Assembly: GCA_905178155.1 (NCBI GenBank)
Contig: CAJINV010000012.1
Coordinates: 1,740,492 to 1,804,491 of the forward strand
Reading direction: 5' to 3'
Source: Amoebophrya sp. A120
Lineage: Eukaryota; Protista; Dinoflagellata
Length of the DNA stretch: 64,000 nucleotides
This document shows positions 54,301 through 63,300 of the stretch, piece after piece. The notes beneath the pieces are model-generated. The model did not search any database. It was not told the origin of the DNA and was given only the letters and a program-made list of their open reading frames with translations. Position 1 is the stretch's first letter. Each line of letters begins with the position of its first letter. The translations under genes were made by a program, and so were the position numbers.

Positions 54301-57300
54301 TGGAATGCCGGATCTAGAAGCATGACAGGGTCTGCGACGTCTCTATCATGCCTATCCTGCAAGACAGACTGTCTCTAAACTTGTTCAAAAGTGAACAGCT
54401 TTTGGTAGTCATGCAACGCAAATTCTTGTACGATCCAGACTTAGCATGACAAGTTCGCGTCCTCCCAGACTCAGACATAATTGCAATGCATAGTCTTCCG
54501 TAGTCCGTGACCGCGAGGATTCGTAACTGCCGGTAGGACTTACCGCTCGCTTGGTCTACAGAGTTCGCAAAAGAGGAGGAAACGAGGACCGTGTTGTCCG
54601 GAATCTGTAAGGTATATGAAAGCCTCAGGTTGGAAATCCTCAAAGTGGAAATTACTATCTATTATATTCATGCGAAAATATTGGCTAGAGAGGGTAAACG
54701 AGAGGTGGCCGGGAGGTCAAAAAGAGGTCAAAAAGAGGTCGACAGAGGTGGGGAGGTGGCGCGGGAGGTAGTTCGGGAGGGTGGCCGAGAGGTGGCGCGA
54801 GTATAGCCCGCCGAAGGGGTCGCACTTTGGGGCCGCTAAGCGGCACGGAGGTGGCCGAGAGGTAAAAAAGAGGGCGCGCGAGAGGTGGGCAGAGGTGCCG
54901 AGAGGTTGCGCGAATAAGGGCGAACCTCTCGCGCACCCTCTGGGCCACCTCTCGGCCACCTCTGTCGACCTCTACCGGCGAGTATAGCCGGATTATTAGC
55001 AACACCTCTCGGAGAAGGTGAAAAAGAGGGTCTGCGAGAGGGGTGCAAAAACTCGAATCCGCCCGGCACGCGGCCAATTTTGCTTGGGCCTTTTCATCGC
55101 GCAGGCCCGCACCCTTTCGCGCCACCCTCCCGCGCTACCCTCTCGCGCCACCCTTTCGCGCCACCCTCTCGCGCCACCCTCTCGCGCCAGCGATTTCCGC
55201 CGAGAAGCAAATAGGGCGGGGGCGGGTGGGTGATCAAAAAAGGGCATTGCGGCCCCCGTTCTGTTTCCTTCGGCATCTATGTCGGAGCGGCTTCTCTTCG
55301 CCCCCAAGCTTCGCTGCAGCTGCTCCCTGCGCATAGCGCCTGAAGGCGCGGGAAGCGCGCAGGAGGCCCAGCGGGTTGAGATGGCGCAAACCGGCGCCAG
55401 TATTTCCTTCGAACTATCACGCCATGCGCAAAGCTCTGGCGCTGTGGCGCGATCCGCAAATAGTCCTGCCCCGCCACAACAGCCGCTCGCCCCGGCGTCA
55501 GCCGGGGCATGGCTGGTAATTTGTAATGCAAAAAAACGACTCCAGTTGAAGCGCCATTTGTAGTCGGCGCATGACAAATTTCCCGGGCACTCAAAGCGTG
55601 TCTGTCATGCTAGTTAGGCAAAGGGGTGCCCTTCTGTCGTGCTAATCAGCACTCCAATTCTTAACCCGTAGCAGGACAATAGTCGGCTTCCCTTGCATCC
55701 TCTGCAATACAGTCTTTTATGCGTCGCATTTCATGCATCACAAATTATTTCCACGTTGAGGATTTCCATTCTGAGGCTTTCATAAGGTAAACGTTAAGTT
55801 CGTCTGCCCATCACTGTTCATGCTGGTCTATGCAATGCAAAAGCATCGTACTACTATGACTTGCATTACAAATTAGCTCAGCATTACAAATTCAATTTGT
55901 AATGCTAATTTACTTTGAGAAAGAGATTTGTCATGCATAACTGCAATTACTACGAATACGATACTTTTGCACAGGATATGGTCACAGCAGGAGTCAAGCT
56001 GGAAAAAGAACCGACGTACCAGGCGTTCTTCGAGTACGTTGTGTCGGTCTTGTAGTAGCTACTTGCGTCGGTCAAGTTCGCCGGGTAGTCATCTACAAAT
56101 TCTGTCTGCGACACAACATTTGCGCTCGCAGACCCGCCATCCACCGCGATCGCGGTATTGGAAGCTAAGCCTCCAGAAGTCTCCAACTTGTACCGTTTCG
56201 CCGTCGTGTCGTACCAGAGACCGGGGTACTGGTTCGGTAATAAGTAGTTCGGACAAGAAGAACTGCTAGCGCAGCTGGCGTAAGAGAATTTCCCAGTTAC
56301 ACTCGTGTCGTAGTTCGGATCCACGAGATACACAAAATACCCGACCTCCACATTATCCTGCCGGCCCGGCATATCCAAGAAAAAAACTGTGTTAGTGTAA
56401 CTTTCCTTGGCTGACAGCATCACAAATTTGCTCTACATGACAGCGAAAACCTGTCATGCGTGGCTTGTAAGGGAAAACACACTTGAAAAGAGGACTTATG
56501 GTTGTCTGGCATGACAGGTGTAACTCTGTTGCATGTTCTGCATCACAAAGTTACACTTACACAGTTTTTTTCTTCCATACGGCACGGTGAAATTCACCGA
56601 GCCCGCAAACTGCCCCACATCCGGGTCGAAATCACCAGTGACAGCCACATTGCTGCCGGACATGCTTGAGTCTGTGTGGATTATAACGTTGTCTTCGTTT
56701 TTCACCTTTACGTACGCTATTGGCGTCGCTGTTTCCGCGAAGGTGGTTAGAGCGCCGTTGATGGTCGTGGTCATCTTTGTGTACACTGCAAGGTAGTTTT
56801 CCGCGGCGAAACTGTAGCTGTTCAATGGGAGCAAGATCTCCTGCAAAACTGTTGCATCGCTGGTGAAAGTATTGAATGTTGTATCAAATGCAAAAGTGTC
56901 TGGGTCTGGAAGATTCTGAGACTTGTCATGCAGTTTTTCCAAGCTCCGCCAAGTCTCGAATGCAGGGCCTAGCATCACAAGTTCTGCAGACCCTAGGTGA
57001 TGCCTATTCTGCATGAGAAATGCCCCCTCGGCATGGCTAGAAATGGGGACCTTTTGCAAGTCATGCAACGCAGATTTTTCTATGATCCGCAACACGCATC
57101 ACAAGTTCGCATCCTTCCAGACCCAGACATTTTTACATTTGATACGTTGTGATGTCTTGCAACATGGCGTTCTTCGTTGTGCAAGGGGACAGCGGCGATT
57201 GGATACAGTCCGCGGACACTTCGTAAAAAGCGAAGGTCAAGTATGCAGGAAAAAACACGACCCATCCGCATCCAATTTGTCATGCAAAACACCCATGCAC

Positions 57301-60300
57301 TCCAGTGTTTGTGATGCAAAAAAAGGATGGGGATGGGTGTTTTTTCTTGGATATCAAGGAGTCAGAATCCGCGGAATTTTCGGCGATGGTCACTATCAAA
57401 TGTAAAAACGTCTGGGTCTGGAAACTTGTGATGCAAGCCCGTGAACAGTAAGTGTTCTGTAATGCACCGCCAAGCATGACAAGTTTTTTCGTGCTCTTGT
57501 GCTGCGTATTTCGCATGAGAAACTGCGCTTTTGCATGACAGGCAAGAGAGCCTCTTGGTGGCCACGCAATACAGAGTGCGGAGTCATGCCAGACTAGCAT
57601 GACAAATCTTGCAATCTTCCAGACCCGGACATTTTTACAATGCATAGTCACTGGCGTGGTGCAATACAGATTTGCGGTAAACGGGTCGCAACAAAGCGAG
57701 AACCCCTGGCTCCCGGAGTTCAGGTTTGTCGTCTGATGATGTGAAGGTTTTTTTTATACAGGAAATTTTTGATGCCATGATGCACAAACACCAACGAGAT
57801 CATACAGTTCTTACAGACACTACAACTTTCGTCAGTCGCGAAAACGAATACGATACAGTGACACCATAAATATGTAAGTTGTTACGAAAAACATCATGAA
57901 TATCTTCATACCGTCGTCTCATTCATCGGGCAGCTTCTGGGCGCGCTGTGCACGCTGTATCGAATGCAAACATATCTGGGTCTGGAAATAAAGTGGAATT
58001 TGTGTTGCATGTCTAGCATTTCTGAAAAATTAAAATGACCTGTGTTGCGTAGGCAGCAATGGTGTTGCTTTTTTGTCATGCAAAGACGCAGTTTGCCATG
58101 CTTGCTGCGCATCAGACGGCGTTAGGTGAACTTGTCATGCTTCGCTGCACTTGAAAGCACCAGACTCATCCACGCTCTAGCATCACAAGCTTCCAGACCC
58201 AGATCGATATTTGCAACCCATACGCTGACCGGGCCGCCAATCTTGTCTCCATCCACGTCGTAGTCGGTGAAGTTTTTCTATCCTGATAAAAAACGTCCCC
58301 ACCCCGTACTTGTAATGCAAATCTGCATGCTGAAAATGTTTCTCATGTGGAGCCCCATGAGAAAACACCTGCTAGTTGTGTTTGGCTATTTGTCATAGTC
58401 ATACTCCAGTCAGCATGATATGCTGGATCTGTAACACTGCTAAACTAGCTAAACAGGACTACTACACTGCGAGGCCATATGATTTGTTATGCGCACCAGC
58501 CAAAGCTTGTTGATTTGTCTAGCAGATTTCATCCCATCTTGACTACAGGGCGAAGACATTTATTTTACACAGGATATCTTCAGTCCGAGCGACATGAGCC
58601 GATCGGTGGCGAAATAACCGTATGCAAGAAAAAAACTGCGTAAGTGTAAACCTGGATATGCAGAACATGCAACAGATTTACGCCTGTCATGCCAGACAGC
58701 CATGAAGCCCTCTTCTCATGTGTGTTTTTCCTTACAAGCCACGCATGACAGGTTCTGCTCTGTCATGTAGAGCAAATTTGTCATGCTGTCACCCAAAGAT
58801 AGTTACACTAACACAGTTTTTTAATTTGGATAACCCACTCGGCGTAATCACTATCGGTTTCCCGTACACCTTATCCTGTGCAAAAGTATCGTGCTCGTAT
58901 TGCAGTCATGCATTACAAATCTTCTTCTTAAGGCGAATCCCCATGACAAATTTCATTTCTCATGCTAAGGAAATTTGTAATGCATTTATAGGACGAGTAC
59001 GATACTTTTGCAGTTCATACACCTCAATCTCACACAGCGATAACTTCTTCCCGACCGTAGATACCTGAACGGTTATCTTCGTTCCGACCAAATTGCAGTC
59101 GCGACTCACCTGCACGCCGTCAGTATTCGCGTCGTAGGAGCTTGATGAACTTGATGTTCCGCTGCAACTTGTCCCGTCGACAAACAGCTCGAATCCGTTC
59201 AAATCGGTTTTTATCAAATGCAAAAGTGTCTAGGTCTGGAAGAATGCAGGTTTGTCATGCATGTCTGGCATGCCTCGAGCATCTGTGTTGCATAGGCACG
59301 AAAAAGCCCTCGTACCTGTCCTGCAAAAACGCAGTTTGCCATGCGCAATACGTAAGTAAGACATGGGCATGGCAGCCAAAAAAAATATCATGCATAGCTG
59401 CGTATTGCAGTGCGTCTATCATTCACTTTTAGCATTACAAGTTTCCAGACCCAGACGTATTTGATGCAATCCATAGTTTTCAAGCTGTCGTTTCTGTTCG
59501 TCAACCGCACAGCAGAAACGTTGAACGGTAATTGCAATTGCAGATTCAGTTGCTGCGGGCTCGTCGAATCCGCAACGGGGTCAGTTTCGCTGCAATATCC
59601 AGAGAAAAAAGTGTGTAAGTGTAACTTTCTTTGAGGAACAGCATCACAAATTTGCTCTACATGACAGAGAAAACCTGTCATGCGTGGCTTGTAAGGCAAA
59701 ACACACATGAAAACAAGGCTTCATGGCTGTCTGGCATGACAGGTGCAACTCTGTTGCATGTTCTGCAACACAAATTTGCACTTACACAGGTGTTTTCTTG
59801 CATATGCAACTTGGCAAAATCAGTCCAGGGCTGCTGTCGTTGTACGTGGCAAGGTTGTACTCCAAATCGTCTTGAAAGTTCGTGTTTCCATCCACCGCGA
59901 GCTCCGCATCGTTCCGCTGGTCGCCGTTGGCAAAAGTGGACGTCTGGCTGACGATTGCAACGCCACCGGAGGATAAATCCAGCCAGGAGAAACCTGTGTT
60001 CCACTCCGCAGAAAATTTCTCCGGTAGGTACCTGACCGAGCAGATCGCGGGTAGCCTCGTATTGCATATCAATGCGAAAAATCTCCCCTCCCCGTATTGA
60101 AGCGGAGATTTCTGTTGCTGGATTTGTGTACACAGATCAGCTCGGTCTTGCAGTGAGGCACTGCAGCCGAAGCCTAAACCTGCGCGGGGGTGTTTTGCGG
60201 TAGGAGCTTAGCATAGCAGAGGCCTGCCATGTAGGCGCAACAGCATCACAAATCGCCTGCGTAAGTCGGCGGATTATTTGAATTTGCCCTCTTGCAAGAA

Positions 60301-63300
60301 AGACAAGGTTTGTGGTCACAAGTCAACATCACAAATTTTCAAAAACATTCCTTTTCAGTACGAGGACGGGGGATTTTTCCTCATGATATTACACGGTCTA
60401 TCCCGAAAGCCGGTGATGCTGTGCGTCACACAACCGGTATTACTATTCGGCTGGCCGCGGCTATGCGAGTGCACAACTCCCCCTCGTTCTCATTTCTCAT
60501 GCAAAATCCCAAAGCCAAGTGCTTCCCTGTGGCACTGTTTGCATCTCAGATTCCGGAAGTACTAGCGCAAACAATACTACACTAGGCGCAGGAATTTGTC
60601 ATGCACAGGCTCCGCGCGTGCAGGTGCTTGTATGGCTTTTCATGCAATACAAATGAGGGGGAGGGGGAGTTGTGCACTGTCATAGCTGCGCCATTTGGAG
60701 GCGAGGGAAAAGCTGGGTTTCCGCTGCACGTCTTCGAGGAACCGGAAATCGCCCGTGCCGTCGCTATTGGTAGTGGTCAAGCCTATATCAAGTGCAAATA
60801 GAAATATGTCTGGGTCTGGAAGAATGCATGTTTGTCATGCTTGTCTGGCATGACTCTTACATCTGTCATGCACGTTACCCAAGGGCCCCGGTGTTCTGTC
60901 ATGCAGAAACGCAGTTTGTCATGCAGAATAGGCAACACCTAGAAGTAGCTCAAAAAGAACTTGTCATGCTGAGCCAGCACTTGTGGCCTCCTCATGATAC
61001 GCCACCCAGCATCACAAGTTGAAGTTTCCAGACCCAGACATATTTGCAATGCATAGCCTATCCACGCCTGCTGCCCCGAAGACATCAACCCGGCGGACTG
61101 GAGAAAATCGTAGTCCGCCGTTGTATATCCTGTGCAAAAGTATCGCACTCGTAGTAATCGCAGTCATGCATGACGTGGCCTAGGTACGCACATACGACTC
61201 GGTGCGCCAAATCGTATGCGCGTTACAATTTTCGCGCTTTTTTCATTGAGAAAACCCGCCAAAAAGCAGCACCGAGCCCGGTGCGGTTTGTAACGTATGG
61301 CAGCACCGAGCCCGCCAGAGTATGTCTTTTTGCCCACCTACAAAATTGGTATTGTAGCGGCGCGCCTTCACAATACATTTTGGCGCACCGAGGCGGCGCG
61401 CAAAAACGTCCCATTGCGCGCCTTTCCCAGGTGGCGCAGGCGCCTTCGCCTCCTGCGTTTTTTACCTTGCCCTCGAACGCGGGCCAGGGTCCGGGTTTTG
61501 TTTTTCTGGCCACCAAGGCCCGCGCGCGTGGCCTCGCGAATTAGCCTATGGGCCCCCCCGGTCCCCCCCCTCCCCCCCCCCGCGTGCGTTTTTTCGCTTC
61601 GTACACGCCCGCGCCTGCGTCGCCCCCTGCCTTCCGCGGGAGCTTCTGCTCGCGGCGTCGCGCGACGAGCACTACCTCGGACGCACGGCAACAGCACCGA
61701 ATTTGTTTCACGTGTCTCACCGTCTCACCCCAAAAAAAACCAATCTTGGCACCGCCGCGCCCCGAGCGCTTTTTTCCATTTCTGTTGCTGTGTTCCGCCC
61801 GTCTGCTGCTTTATTCCCGCCTACAATTTGGCGTACCGAGGCCGTCCGCCTCGGTGCACCGAGGCGGCCACTCCGAAAAACTGGCATTTTTGGCCTCGGT
61901 GCGCCATTTTGTATGCGCGTCCTGAAGAAACTTCTTCTAGCCTCGGTGCGCCAACTTGTAGTGGCGTACCGAGGCCACGACACTACCGAGGCGACGTCAT
62001 GCATTACAAATTTCTTTCTCAAGGTAAATCCGCATTACAAATTTTATTTCTCATGCTGCGGAAATTTGTTATGCGATTTATACTAGTACGATGCTTTTGC
62101 ATTTCGTATTGTATCCACCGTCGCGAGAACTGATTCGCCGGGAATCAATTTCGCACAGTAATTCACCGCTTCGTCCCGAGAGAAATCAGACGCGGACGAT
62201 GCTATCGAGACCTTCCGAAACGCCATCCCGGTGGCCTCGCTGCAGGAAAAGCCAGCAGGACAGGCGTTGAGTGTGGAGTCTGCGTTAGTTCCTGTAGCTT
62301 ATGCTCTACAAAAGTATCGCACTCGTACTAATTGCAACCATGCATGACAAATCTTGTTTCTTCGCCAAATCAGCATTACAAACTCCATTTTTTTCTGAAA
62401 GAACTTGTATTGCGATTTATACTAGTACGATGCTTTTGCAATGCATATAGCTCCTGTTGTTCCGACCACTATATCGTTGTTCGCATTCGGGTGCTTCTCG
62501 ACAAATTGCCCCTCCTCAAGCTCCAGGCTGTCGAGCGCGAAACTGACGAACGGAAAGATTACGTCGCTTGTCGCGATGTCGAGCGTAATTTGACTAGACC
62601 CAGCGGGGAGAGACACCGCAACTGGTTTCGTGTAGGCCCAGGACCTGGTGTTTTCTCCTTGAGTGGAGGACGTGGTGGAGAAAGTACTTTGGAAGGAAAC
62701 AAACTCCCCATTGCTGGCGTTGTTGGAAGCGGGGAGGATCACGGTCGAGTTTAACTGTTATGAAAGCCTCAGGTTGGAAATTCTCAAAGTTGAAATAATT
62801 TGTAATGCAAAAAAACGATCCCGGTCGACGCCCCCCTTCTAGTCGGCGCATGACAAATCTCCGGGGCACGTGAGGCGTGTCTGTCATGCTGTTTAGTGCA
62901 AAGGGGTGCCCCTTCTGTCATGCTAGTCAGCAACCCAATCCTTAGCACGTAGCAGGACAATAGTCAGCCCCCATTGCGATTGCGTGCTCTGCAATACAGT
63001 CAGTCTATGCGTCGCATTTCATGCATTACAAGTCATTTCAACTTTGAGCATTTCCAACCTGAGGCTTCCTTAACTGTAGGCTTGCGGACAGGGTGGCTTG
63101 CGACAAGTACTGGGCATTCGCCGTGTTTGAGGTGTCAACGGCTAAGGAGTAGCGGAGTCGTATCATATGCAAAGACGTCCCCCCCCATAGTCAAGTTGGG
63201 AACGTAGCAACACAAATCCAGAAGTTTTGGGAGCCACGCATGACAAGTTGCGGTCCGTAGTGTCGTGCATGTTAGCAAGAACAGCCGCATCACAAATCCA

